From a virus: DNA of 64,000 nucleotides. Below, in pieces: positions 18,406 to 28,458 of the stretch. Numbering within the stretch: position 1 is the first letter of the stretch; every line of letters starts with the position of its first letter. The DNA is taken from IMG/VR virus record IMGVR_UViG_3300037560_000207, positions 1-64,000 of that record. One strand, written 5' to 3'. Below the pieces are notes generated by a model. That model made no database searches and was not told where the DNA came from. It saw nothing but the letters and a program-made list of their open reading frames with translations. The translations under genes and the position numbers were made by a program.

Positions 18406-18759
18406 TTATAAAATTCCAGAACCAGCAAAACCTGCAAATAAATCAATTGCATCATCAACTTTTGATTGAATCATCTCATCGGATGCCCCTAAAATTTGAG
18501 ATAATTCAATATCTTTATTGGCAGCTAATACTGCCCACAACATTCTCTTTGCTTCTACAACAGGATTATTCATCACAAGTTTACCCCATTGTAGTCGTTG
18601 GTTTTGATTATCTGGTGGAGATGCATCAGTTCGAATCATCTCTGCAGCAATTATAACCGCTACTGCAACTTTATCCTGAAGATCGCTATCATTATTTGCG
18701 CTATATAATTCCATATATGTTGCCATAATTTCACCTCCAACTTTTTTTCCTTTTTCCAA
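18406..18759 (-). CDS. hypothetical virion-region protein (start probably MATYMEL)
   Basis: GGAGG RBS before internal ATG; structural operon. Confidence 0.65.
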   Translation of the reverse strand: MEKGKKVGGEIMATYMELYSANNDSDLQDKVAVAVIIAAEMIRTDASPPDNQNQRLQWGKLVMNNPVVEAKRMLWAVLAANKDIELSQILGASDEMIQSKVDDAIDLFAGFAGSGIL

Positions 18760-18763
18760 ATAT

Positions 18764-19261
18764 TTACTGTACCTCTTGTGGAATTGGAATAATCATAATT
18801 GTATTAACACCTGTATCATTTCTTAAATTATCCGCAGTATTATTATGAATAACAACACTAAAATATCTTGCTACAATACGACAAATGCCAGCAGCAGTCA
18901 TATCATGATTTGTATCTGTTGATGTAACTATAACACTTCCAATATAATACATATTTTTTAGACTGTTAGTACTTCCAATTGCTGCATCTGATGTTCCTTC
19001 TTGTCCATCCTCATCAGTTCCATCTGATGTAGATAAATATATATCAACTGTTTCATCTACTATTGGTGTAGTAGCAAATTGAAATGTAGCTCTCCATTCA
19101 TACCATTCTGATCTAGCAGAATCTCCAAGATCATGTTGAGCAGAAATCCTACCAGCACCTGCTGCAAGATTAGCCAAGGTAAGATTCTTAGTTGGACTTT
19201 GAGCACTATCAGCAAATTTAAGCGGTGTCTCAGGATTAATATAAACTTTATTATTTGGCAT
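18764..19261 (-). CDS. beta-rich virion protein
   Basis: 165 aa, Thr/Asp/Ser-rich, in structural operon. Confidence 0.6.
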   Translation of the reverse strand: MPNNKVYINPETPLKFADSAQSPTKNLTLANLAAGAGRISAQHDLGDSARSEWYEWRATFQFATTPIVDETVDIYLSTSDGTDEDGQEGTSDAAIGSTNSLKNMYYIGSVIVTSTDTNHDMTAAGICRIVARYFSVVIHNNTADNLRNDTGVNTIMIIPIPQEVQ

Positions 19262-19277
19262 ATCTAATCTCTCCTTT

Positions 19278-20942
19278 CTAATTAAGTAAATACTCTATTA
19301 AATTACGTGGATATATCCATTTTGCATTTTCAGGAAATTCTAAGAAAAATTGTCCTGTGAATGTTTCACTATTATCTGCCGTCATCATATAAAAATATTG
19401 TTGTTGATATGTGGTATAAACTGGCAAACCAGACGTTGACCATGCCCAGCGTCCAGTATTTCCTATTTGATAGCAACCACTAGACACAACAGAGACCGGG
19501 GTATTTTGTCCATCGGTAATTTCCCAAAGCTGAATATTTGCACTAGTAGCACCATCTAGAGTTCCAATGATTTGCGGATAATGATCTGATGTTTTTAGGA
19601 GCCAATCTAAAGGTCTAGCAGCAATAGCATCAATACCTCGAATAAATAATGATGGTGCTGAACCACTAACATCGATATGTCCATCTATGAATAAATCTCC
19701 AGAAACAACAATATCTTCATGACTTTGGATATATAGATTTCCTGATATCTCTATGTTATCGAGCCCATAGACAAATAAATCGCCAGAAGCAGTATAATCG
19801 GTATATCCATGAATGAATAAATCCCCAGATGTAGTAATCTCCGTAAGTCCGATAGGTATGCTTCCAACTTTGGCCGTACCATGGCTAGAGTCAGCAGTAT
19901 CCCGATATCCGATAATAAATTTACTCGCAGATAAAGTAGTAGTAGAAATATCATCGACTCCGTCTACACTGAGAAATTCCACTTCATCATCAAATGTGAT
20001 ATTCGTTCCGATAACTGTTCCAACTTTTGCTTTACCTTTATTTGAATCGGCACTATCATTATATGCAATAACAAACTTGGTCGTATCCAAAACTGCAATG
20101 GAATTAATATTTGTTAAACCACTATTAAATTCCGTCTCATCACCGAAGGTTATAGTTGTACCCGAAACCATTCCAATTTTAGCCGTACCATGATCCGAAT
20201 CGGCAGCATCCCGATATGTAACAACAAACTTAGTTGTATCTAAGGCTGCGACGGAGTTATAATATACTATACCTGAGCTATTGAACTCCTTTTCATCACT
20301 AAAAGTAATAGTTGTACCAGAAACTGTTCCGATTTTAGCTGTACCATGACCTGAATCGAAATCATCCTTATATACAACAACAAATTTAAATTCATCAAGC
20401 ATCGCAACAGAAATATAAGGTGTCGCGCCTGTGTCGTTAAACACTGTTCTATCACCAAAAGTAATAGTTGTACCAGAAACTGTTCCGATGTTAGCTATAC
20501 CATGACTTGAATCTGCCTGATCTTGATATGCAACAATGAATTTGGTTGGTTCAAGAGCCGCAACAGAATTAAAATTCACCCCGCCTAATGACCACTGAAA
20601 TTCCGTTTCATCACCAAAAGCTATAGTTGTACCTGAAACCGTTCCAATTTTCGCTGTACCATGGTCCGAATCATTTCCATCGGAATATACAACAATAAAT
20701 TTGGATGAATTCAAAACATCAATAGAAATATGAGTAGCTGCACCAATACTAAGGAATTCTGCCTCATTATCAAATGTTATATTCGTACCAGAGACTGTTC
20801 CAATTTTAGCAGTACCATGATTTGAATCATCACCATCCCGATATGCAATAATAAATTTGGACGAATCCAGAGTAGCACAAGAGATATAACTAGCCGCACC
20901 TACATCAAGAAATTCAGATTCACTACCAAAAATTATTGCCAT
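19278..20942 (-). CDS. 554-aa virion protein: seven 52-aa repeats, five 14-aa repeats, C-terminal anchor-like domain
   Basis: ITFGDETEF...KFVVAY.D..DS.HGTAKIGTVSGT x7. Confidence 0.75.
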   Translation of the reverse strand: MAIIFGSESEFLDVGAASYISCATLDSSKFIIAYRDGDDSNHGTAKIGTVSGTNITFDNEAEFLSIGAATHISIDVLNSSKFIVVYSDGNDSDHGTAKIGTVSGTTIAFGDETEFQWSLGGVNFNSVAALEPTKFIVAYQDQADSSHGIANIGTVSGTTITFGDRTVFNDTGATPYISVAMLDEFKFVVVYKDDFDSGHGTAKIGTVSGTTITFSDEKEFNSSGIVYYNSVAALDTTKFVVTYRDAADSDHGTAKIGMVSGTTITFGDETEFNSGLTNINSIAVLDTTKFVIAYNDSADSNKGKAKVGTVIGTNITFDDEVEFLSVDGVDDISTTTLSASKFIIGYRDTADSSHGTAKVGSIPIGLTEITTSGDLFIHGYTDYTASGDLFVYGLDNIEISGNLYIQSHEDIVVSGDLFIDGHIDVSGSAPSLFIRGIDAIAARPLDWLLKTSDHYPQIIGTLDGATSANIQLWEITDGQNTPVSVVSSGCYQIGNTGRWAWSTSGLPVYTTYQQQYFYMMTADNSETFTGQFFLEFPENAKWIYPRNLIEYLLN

Positions 20943-20958
20943 AATTCATACCTACAAA

Positions 20959-21480
20959 TCAAAAACGATCCATTCGACCAGTTTCAAATTGATCATAATA
21001 CCATGAAATAGTCGATAATGCGCTACCACCAGGTATTCTATATGGACTTAAAACAGCCTTACCAATACCACTAGATGCCAACAAAGACCATTTAAGTTTT
21101 TCATATGCAGCACATGGTCCAAATTCCAGAATATCACGGTAACCCCTAAAACTGACACTTGTATCAATTGCACTATCACCATCTCGCACTTTAATTCCCT
21201 GACCCAATGCTTGTTTGAATTCACCTTGTACAAGAATACACGCAGCCTTCAATGGAACTAAAGCCATAAAAACTGAATCTTCACTTGTTACAGGATCGGG
21301 AGAAATTGTTAGGGCACTGATATCATATGAATAATCATAATCGAACGGAATTTCGGCATCAACTATAATACCAGCGGTAATCAATACCCGTTCAAGATAT
21401 TCATCAGTGTAAGTCTGTGGTGAAGCAATATCACTCACAAGAACTCTTACCATCAAAATCAGATCAGCATCCCAACTCAT
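20959..21480 (-). CDS. head-tail adaptor/connector-like protein
   Basis: VRVLVSD...QTYTDEYL helical start typical of adaptors; position after capsid. Confidence 0.55.
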   Translation of the reverse strand: MSWDADLILMVRVLVSDIASPQTYTDEYLERVLITAGIIVDAEIPFDYDYSYDISALTISPDPVTSEDSVFMALVPLKAACILVQGEFKQALGQGIKVRDGDSAIDTSVSFRGYRDILEFGPCAAYEKLKWSLLASSGIGKAVLSPYRIPGGSALSTISWYYDQFETGRMDRF

Positions 21481-21497
21481 TTTCTATCTCCTTAATT

Positions 21498-21845
21498 CTA
21501 TACGATATATGAACTTTTGTCATTCAATGAAGGCATACCACCATCACGATTCTCATGAGAAATAAGCACAAAATCTCCATCATCAGTAGTTGATACACCC
21601 GAAGCAGACATTCGCCAATGGAATTGCTGACGGCTAGCAGTTAAAACAGGAATACCACTCGTAGACCAAGTATATCGTCCTGTACTATTAATCTCAGCGC
21701 AACCACTTGCACTAATCGAAGTTGGTGTACCATCTTCCCAAAGTTCAATATTGACAGTTTGACCTGTCACCAACTCGCCCACAATAGCCGGTGGCGCATC
21801 TGGAAAGAAATCAAATTCAGCAATTGACTGTCCTATTAAAGCCAT
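21498..21845 (-). CDS. small virion protein, paralogue of the 554-aa protein C-terminus
   Basis: NIELWE...SGCAEINSTGRYTWSTSG vs NIQLWE...SGCYQIGNTGRWAWSTSG. Confidence 0.65.
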   Translation of the reverse strand: MALIGQSIAEFDFFPDAPPAIVGELVTGQTVNIELWEDGTPTSISASGCAEINSTGRYTWSTSGIPVLTASRQQFHWRMSASGVSTTDDGDFVLISHENRDGGMPSLNDKSSYIV

Positions 21846-21872
21846 TTCAAACCTCCTTACTTAACACAAAAA

Positions 21873-22259
21873 TTATCCACCTGCTAATTCTATTAATTGA
21901 TCAATGATATTAGATACCATAAAATATCGCTTGAACTCTTTTTCGGTATACCGAATCCGAGATGCTACGCAGCGAGACCGCAAAGGGAATTTAAGGGTAT
22001 GTAACCTCTTTGTGACAGTCGAAGAATCAACTCCCAAAAGTCTTCCAACCTGAGAAGAAGAAAGACCTATGTTATATAGAGATATAAAAAGAAAATCGGG
22101 GAAAATTTGATTTGCCTCCGATCGACTTCGCATCTTAACTCTAAGTGATTTTAGCCTATTATACATAGATGTTTCACTACATCCATCAAAACGAGCTACC
22201 GCTGCACAACTTTCCCCTTGAGAATACAATTCTATTACTTTTGCATCTGATAAAGACAT
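21873..22259 (-). CDS. tandem HTH DNA-binding protein without nuclease domain
   Basis: Two LY..G.S...VAR..G.S......RL....LRSR repeats. Confidence 0.65.
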   Translation of the reverse strand: MSLSDAKVIELYSQGESCAAVARFDGCSETSMYNRLKSLRVKMRSRSEANQIFPDFLFISLYNIGLSSSQVGRLLGVDSSTVTKRLHTLKFPLRSRCVASRIRYTEKEFKRYFMVSNIIDQLIELAGG

Positions 22260-22376
22260 AATACCCCCAGGAAAAGACCTTTCACTAGATTATACACCAA
22301 TAAAGGAAAGAAAAAAAAGAGCAAGAAACCATATATAGTCTCTAACTCTTTTATGATATGAATTAAATAAGTGAAA

Positions 22377-24149
22377 TTATAGGATTAAAGTGTACCTGTA
22401 TTTATGACCTAATGGAATACGAATCCATCCCCGTTCTTGGGCTAATTCTCGTTCGGTTTTATCTATATTTTTGATTCTCCTACATGATGATTTATGCATT
22501 AATTTTAATGCTAATGGATCAAAATATGCATAACTTGGTTGTGTCTTTCCGGCTTTGTCCCATTTAGCCATTCTGTAAACACCACCATTGTGTCCAACGG
22601 ATGAATCAGCAAACGATATAAGTTTTTTAATTTGTGTATAGTTATCTCTTATATATTGACAGCATTGATTAAGAAAATCACAACTAAAGGGACGCACGAC
22701 ATAGAAAGGAATGCATAAACGTGTAAGCTCCCAAGTGTTTTTCTCTATATACTTATTTGTTCCAATTCCGAAAGTGGCTATTCCGATAATTATATTACCT
22801 CTTTTGGCCACTAAAATAAGTTTTGATCCAGGAAGAGTACCTAAATAATGCTCGTATCTTATGATTTGTCGTATTTCTTTGGTAGCTGAGGCTTGTATAT
22901 AATACTCGATAGGTTGCAATTGGCCATTATCATCAAATAATTGGAAATCATTATGTGTTAAATCACTGCGTTTAATAGCGAAATCTGGATATGCTTGCCA
23001 TATTTTCCACCAAGGATGTGCTTGTTCCAACTTCCCCTCTTCTATTTTGTCATGCTCTTCTTTTGAAATAACCAAACTATTATTCGCATCATAAAATCTT
23101 GGATCATTTATAATAGCTAAATTGCGATATTCATCTAATAATGGGGAATGTTTTGTAATTGATGACCGTAATATAACATGAAATGGATAAATATGATGAC
23201 AATTTAATTCTCTAATTTGTTGATCAGAAATTTCGCTTTTATATTGTTGTCTGGAAAAAGCATCTGTACGCCACTGTGAAGAAGCAGCGCAACTGCGTAC
23301 AGCATTGCGAATATCGGTTACACCACCTTTCCAGGAACCATTATTTTCACCGATATTTTTTCTTCGTTCTTTTCCAATTGCTATGAATCTTTTTAATACA
23401 AATTGAGAACTTTTATTAAAATAAGCAGAAATTTTCTCACACGACCAACCACATCCGTCATATAGGTGAATTAATTGTTCATCTGGTATTTCATCGCTAC
23501 CTCTCCACAATCTAGCCCCGCCAGACACTGTTCGTGTTCCACGACCAGATTTTTTAAGATGTTTTTTAACAAATCCATGGCTCTTTCCTAATTTTTTAGC
23601 AGTTTCAGCGATACTTAATTTTTGGTTCCAATATAAATCGATTATCTTCACATCATCAACGGATTTATCTGTTTGTTGTTCGCCAACAGAACGAATTTTA
23701 ATACCATTTTGCTTTAATCTACGACGGATAACAGAACTACTTACTCTAAATTGTTCTGCACATGCCGTAAGGCTCAATTGTTGCTCTAGATACAAAGTTA
23801 ATAATTTTATTCTATCGATTGGTATTGTTCTTGAAATTCCACCGACCCTGAGTAATTTGACTCCAGCTTCTTTGAGTTTCTTTTGGACCAAGGAAACAGA
23901 AATATTATATGTTTTGGCTATATTTTTGGTGGACATTTTGTTAGTCTCATAATCATATTTAATTCTATCTGAATCGATCGTACTAGGAGCTTGTCCTTGC
24001 GGTCTCAACGGGATTTTGGCTTCCTTGAATCTATTGATAATTGTTTGAAGATGGACTTTAAATATTTTTGCTATTTGCGACGTTGATAAGCCATCATCTT
24101 TATATAATATAGAAGCTTTCTCTAGGTCAAATTGTTTTCTATGAGCCAT
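22377..24149 (-). CDS. five HTH repeats + HNH-like domain + C-terminal Mom/Hef-like GNAT domain
   Basis: GENNGSWKGG, LNCHHIYP...EEHDKI; HYLG...GIATFG...WELTRL...LISFADSSVGHNGGVYRMAKW. Confidence 0.7.
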   Translation of the reverse strand: MAHRKQFDLEKASILYKDDGLSTSQIAKIFKVHLQTIINRFKEAKIPLRPQGQAPSTIDSDRIKYDYETNKMSTKNIAKTYNISVSLVQKKLKEAGVKLLRVGGISRTIPIDRIKLLTLYLEQQLSLTACAEQFRVSSSVIRRRLKQNGIKIRSVGEQQTDKSVDDVKIIDLYWNQKLSIAETAKKLGKSHGFVKKHLKKSGRGTRTVSGGARLWRGSDEIPDEQLIHLYDGCGWSCEKISAYFNKSSQFVLKRFIAIGKERRKNIGENNGSWKGGVTDIRNAVRSCAASSQWRTDAFSRQQYKSEISDQQIRELNCHHIYPFHVILRSSITKHSPLLDEYRNLAIINDPRFYDANNSLVISKEEHDKIEEGKLEQAHPWWKIWQAYPDFAIKRSDLTHNDFQLFDDNGQLQPIEYYIQASATKEIRQIIRYEHYLGTLPGSKLILVAKRGNIIIGIATFGIGTNKYIEKNTWELTRLCIPFYVVRPFSCDFLNQCCQYIRDNYTQIKKLISFADSSVGHNGGVYRMAKWDKAGKTQPSYAYFDPLALKLMHKSSCRRIKNIDKTERELAQERGWIRIPLGHKYRYTLIL

Positions 24150-24285
24150 TGTCAGTTCTCCTTCCTAGAGTATTATACACACAAAGCAACCGTTCGTTGC
24201 TGATTTTATGGAAAATTTTTAATAAAAAAAGATGGAAGGAAATCTTGTTCCTTCCATCCCTAAAAATGATTTTCTCTAGTCTAAT

Positions 24286-24319
24286 AAAAAAGGGCCTGAT
24301 GAGTCACCAGGCCCCTTTT
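24286..24319 (-). terminator. Rho-independent terminator after major capsid gene
   Basis: GGGCCTG-GTGACTCAT-CAGGCCC followed by U6. Confidence 0.85.
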
Positions 24320-24337
24320 AGAGTTAGAAACTTCCCA

Positions 24338-25366
24338 TTAGAAGGAGCCGAGCAAAATTCGACGTCCGTCTAAAGCTGCAAAACCATGCTCAGCCCATGC
24401 GTAAAAACCCGCCTTCATCCGGCGATGCAGCATGTCATCCTCGAAGATTTGGAGTTCACGCTTGACAGGCATAACAAATGAATCACCGTGCGAAAGATCG
24501 AGTCCTACAACAACTTCCTCATCGCTTGTACCCATACTAACACCCAGTGTTGCAAAATATGTCTGAAATTCCTGGCCTACACCAAGTTCATCTAGTGGAT
24601 GCAAATTGACGCCATAAATACGAGCCATCGGTCCACCATCCTCACCAGCGGTGAAGATTTCCCGACGAGTCACGTCGTCAACCTCATCATGATCCCATTC
24701 ACGAATGTCCTCAAGAGCCTCTGGACTGATATACAGATCAGTTAAACGACCACGATTAGCCGTTGCACTATTTCCGCCTGCTAGACGAACCATAGTTGTT
24801 TTCATTAAAGACACAAGACGTTTCGTAAACTGACCAGCCGTTGCTGCACTATCATATACTAGTGGAGCCCCACCACTATAATCAGTACGACCTGCACCAG
24901 CCGCGATAATGACACGCCAGCCATCCGTATTCATCTTCTTAACAAAACCAGCCTCAAGAACTTCCATCGCACGAGCAATAATGTTCCATCGTGCAGAAGT
25001 CGCATACTTCAGTGGCCAGTCAATTGCGTTACCAACATCGTAGGTGCTAATCGTTACAGCATCACCGGTGATTGTACGCTGTGGTAAGGCACCTTCACCA
25101 GGAATCATATACGCCACATAATCATTTTCCTGTGCAGTCTGATAAAAATCCAACGGATACTCAGCAGTTGCACTCGGGTCTAGAACTTCAGGTGCGAAGA
25201 TTCCGCCCAAAATATCGCCGTCAAGTAACGCTGATCGTAGAGGAACTTGTAAAGCCTGAGCTAGAGAATGCATCGCCTCCAAAGCCTCAGCTTTATTTGC
25301 AGACCCAGTTCTCTTCAGAAGTTCAACTTGCTCAGCAGTTGGTTTTCTAATCCTATTACGCTTCAT
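24338..25366 (-). CDS. major capsid protein (HK97 fold likely)
   Basis: 342 aa after protease/scaffold and decoration genes, strong terminator, GC-richer codons consistent with high expression. Confidence 0.8.
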   Translation of the reverse strand: MKRNRIRKPTAEQVELLKRTGSANKAEALEAMHSLAQALQVPLRSALLDGDILGGIFAPEVLDPSATAEYPLDFYQTAQENDYVAYMIPGEGALPQRTITGDAVTISTYDVGNAIDWPLKYATSARWNIIARAMEVLEAGFVKKMNTDGWRVIIAAGAGRTDYSGGAPLVYDSAATAGQFTKRLVSLMKTTMVRLAGGNSATANRGRLTDLYISPEALEDIREWDHDEVDDVTRREIFTAGEDGGPMARIYGVNLHPLDELGVGQEFQTYFATLGVSMGTSDEEVVVGLDLSHGDSFVMPVKRELQIFEDDMLHRRMKAGFYAWAEHGFAALDGRRILLGSF

Positions 25367-25381
25367 TCTTCTTCACCCCCT

Positions 25382-25885
25382 TTAATTTTCTTTGTCATAA
25401 ATATCAATAAAAACCCTACAGAACCCATTGGCGTCCTTGGTAGTCTCAAAACGCCCTACGGCTTTTGAACTACTTACGGCACCAGTAGCCAGTAAACCAC
25501 TATTACCAAGAAAGGCAACACCTCCAACTGCTGGAGTTTGGCCAGGGGTAATCATATCAGTTACTACCCAACCATGCCTAACCAACGTACACTTGTCACC
25601 TGGACGAATCTCTTGATTCTCATAATTAATAAAATCCCGAGTAGCACTCATTGCTAAAGCTACATTCTGTAATAGAATCCCTTTTGGAACTGTAGTAGAA
25701 CCAACGGAAGCATCATAATCAACAATATTTGCCTCATCAGTAATATTAATACCTAGAGAAACACCAGTACCCTGTGTCACAACACTAGCTATGCCACCCT
25801 TTTCTACAGCACTAGCCTGATCAGGATACCAAAAGTTGGTAATATCAGTAATTTCATTATATTCACGATCTGGTTTTAAAGCCAT
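25382..25885 (-). CDS. capsid decoration/cement protein
   Basis: GILLQNV...PGDKCTLVRHGWVVTD...AVGRF pattern; directly upstream of MCP. Confidence 0.65.
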   Translation of the reverse strand: MALKPDREYNEITDITNFWYPDQASAVEKGGIASVVTQGTGVSLGINITDEANIVDYDASVGSTTVPKGILLQNVALAMSATRDFINYENQEIRPGDKCTLVRHGWVVTDMITPGQTPAVGGVAFLGNSGLLATGAVSSSKAVGRFETTKDANGFCRVFIDIYDKEN

Positions 25886-25887
25886 TC

Positions 25888-27399
25888 TTATTCACCCCCT
25901 TCATCTTTTTCTACGCGCCCACATAGCGCTCCTGCCATTGATTGCCATTCAGTATCTGAATCTTTCACATCTTTATTTGCGTTGAGATCAGCACTGTCAT
26001 CCACTTCCACATTATTCAGAGCCGCCTCCGCTTGCTCTGCCACCTTCTCTTCTGCTGTCTTGTCATCTGTTGTGGTTTTTGTAGCGTCAGTCTTCTTTCC
26101 CGACTCGCCGTCTACAACCTCTTTAGACTTAGTTTCACCAGCATACTTCAGAACCACTTCGAATGTCTCATCGGTCATTTCACGAAGTTCGGCTAATGTT
26201 GCCTTTTCGTCTTCGATCTTTTTAACCTCCGATAACTTCACCAGGCGATCTTGAGCCGTTGCATTCTTACGGATTTCTTCTAGTTCCGTTTTGCTTTCGT
26301 CGACACTTTTTGTCACCTCGTTAAATTTCTTCTGAAGCTCAGCTTTCTCAGCCACAATAACTTCCATCTTCTCAGACGCCTCTGTTACACTAGTAGTTAG
26401 TTCATCAACCTTCTTAGTCAGAACAGTAATCTGCTCTTCAGAATCCTTGGTTTTGAACTCTTCTACTGCCTTCTGTAACTCGGAAATCTCTTGTTCCTTA
26501 TTCTTTAAGGCCATCTGAGTTTCTTCCAACTTTACCTGCAATTGTTTTTCATCCACGTCTTCTACACCCCCTTCCAATAATTCATTTAATTCAGCACTTA
26601 CAAAAACTTGCGAAGCGGCTGCTTTACTTGCCGCAACCTTAATCACCGATTCGGGATTCGCAGGTGTATCTACAAACCCCTGCGCTCCGAATATGATGTC
26701 TTTAAGAACCCGACCAACTCTATACCCTTGATAATTACCACTACCACCGTAAATTCTCAAATGCTTAGTGAGAAAAGCCGTGGCTTCGGTACGTTCAATC
26801 AATTGGGTTTCGTTGGTATCAGGATCAATCAAACCATAACCAAAATCAGGAAACCAAGCTTCCACTGATACAAATATCTCACCAGCTTTAGCTTTAGTGA
26901 TAATTTCATCAATTCGTTCAGCTAATTCGGAAAACGCTCGATATAATACACCAGCAACTTCAAGATCAAATTCAGTTGGAATAGTTTCTCCATCAACCTC
27001 ATTACCAGATTTATCCAATACCCTACTTTTAACAATATGTCCTAAAATTTTATCACCTTTGTGATTATCATTTATAGGTTTATGGACTGGTGACAACCGA
27101 GCTTTCCAAACCTCTTCGGGTGTAAAAATATCATCATTTAAATTCCACCCAGTACTGACCATAATAGCAACAATTAAAGCCAAATCCGGTTGTTCCTGAC
27201 CAAGAAGCTCTTTCACTGTCTGTACTGTATCAGTTGCACGAGCTAATTCTGCAATAGACATACCATCAGAATACTTTTCAATATCGCCAACTCGCACCTG
27301 TGCGGTAACAAATGCTTTATTTGCTTGAAAATCTATACCCGCTTCTTTTTCAGCTTTATAAATACGCACTAGAACCTCCGTTGTATAGATTATACACAA
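25888..27399 (-). CDS. prohead protease/scaffold fusion (probable GTG start near 27369)
   Basis: PINDNH...ILGHI, VSVEAWF, FGAQGFVDTPANPESVI, then a long acidic coiled coil; GGAGG RBS before GTG. Confidence 0.7.
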   Translation of the reverse strand: MCIIYTTEVLVRIYKAEKEAGIDFQANKAFVTAQVRVGDIEKYSDGMSIAELARATDTVQTVKELLGQEQPDLALIVAIMVSTGWNLNDDIFTPEEVWKARLSPVHKPINDNHKGDKILGHIVKSRVLDKSGNEVDGETIPTEFDLEVAGVLYRAFSELAERIDEIITKAKAGEIFVSVEAWFPDFGYGLIDPDTNETQLIERTEATAFLTKHLRIYGGSGNYQGYRVGRVLKDIIFGAQGFVDTPANPESVIKVAASKAAASQVFVSAELNELLEGGVEDVDEKQLQVKLEETQMALKNKEQEISELQKAVEEFKTKDSEEQITVLTKKVDELTTSVTEASEKMEVIVAEKAELQKKFNEVTKSVDESKTELEEIRKNATAQDRLVKLSEVKKIEDEKATLAELREMTDETFEVVLKYAGETKSKEVVDGESGKKTDATKTTTDDKTAEEKVAEQAEAALNNVEVDDSADLNANKDVKDSDTEWQSMAGALCGRVEKDEGGE

Positions 27400-27455
27400 T
27401 CATAGATAGAAATTACACGAAAACAGACCCACAAAAAAGACTTTTCACTAGCATA

Positions 27456-27776
27456 TTATTTATTCTGTTTAAGAAATTCAATTACATCAGCTTTTGCTTT
27501 TTCATCATCATGAAGAATCTTGGATGCAAATCCATCCTCATTAAGTTGAGAATGAGTTTTTGTTGCCAATTCATCCAATGAAGGAAGATATATCTGCACT
27601 TTCTCAACCATTCCATCCTAGTTAATACCTTCTATGGTATAATGAAATCTTAAAAATTCCTCACCATCAAACATATATCTTTCAACTAAAAAATCTGTCG
27701 AAGGAACTATTACACCATTAATTGTTATAACAGTTTGTCTAGTCGCCGTATCCAATGAAACATTTACAATTGCCAT
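27456..27776 (-). pseudogene. 106-codon ORF interrupted by in-frame TAG at codon 53
   Basis: MAIVNVSLD...IEGIN*DGMVEKV...FLKQNK; RBS present; TAG at 27618-27620. Confidence 0.65.
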
Positions 27777-27840
27777 TTCTATTCCCCTTCCTCAATAATA
27801 CCCATTGAAATACAAAGATTAAACATTTTATCAAAATTCA

Positions 27841-28458
27841 TCACTTCATTCCAACCTTTCTTTTGCTTCTTATTGATTTTGTTAAAGCCATTTCTGTTGT
27901 CCAATCAAGATCGAAACGTTTCCGAAGAGTATTTTCATTAATATTCATCTCTTCTGCCCAAGCAGTCAAACATTGTGTTCTACCTTTATATGTTTTCATA
28001 TTATTATTTCGTCTATTGCGACAGTTTATTTTAGAAGTAACCCAACGACAATTTTCCTTGCAATAATCACCATTATTATCAATTCTATCTATTTGAAATC
28101 TAGGTGGACTTTCTCCCATATCTTCCAGAAAATTCGGAAATTCCATCCATCGTTCGCAAACCATAATCCCTCTACCTCCATAAAAAGAATAATATTTATG
28201 ATTAGGATTGATACATCTTTGAATCATATTAATCCATAATCTATATTCTTTAAGTTCCTTACCATCTTTCCTGGGACCATATTTCGTTACTAAACATCCA
28301 CAACTTTTAGTATGATTTCTTTTAAGACTATTGGCTAGCACAATCGTTTTATTGCCACAATCACATTTGCACAACCATCTAGATTTTCCCCATTTATCTT
28401 TCCAGGTTTGTTTTATAACTTTAAGTTTACCAAATCTTTTACCAATTAAATCAATCAT
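27841..28458 (-). CDS. HNH homing endonuclease
   Basis: GKRFGKL...CKCDCG...NMIQRC...YGGRGI.VCERW...IDRIDNNGDY...NCRW. Confidence 0.9.
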   Translation of the reverse strand: MIDLIGKRFGKLKVIKQTWKDKWGKSRWLCKCDCGNKTIVLANSLKRNHTKSCGCLVTKYGPRKDGKELKEYRLWINMIQRCINPNHKYYSFYGGRGIMVCERWMEFPNFLEDMGESPPRFQIDRIDNNGDYCKENCRWVTSKINCRNRRNNNMKTYKGRTQCLTAWAEEMNINENTLRKRFDLDWTTEMALTKSIRSKRKVGMK

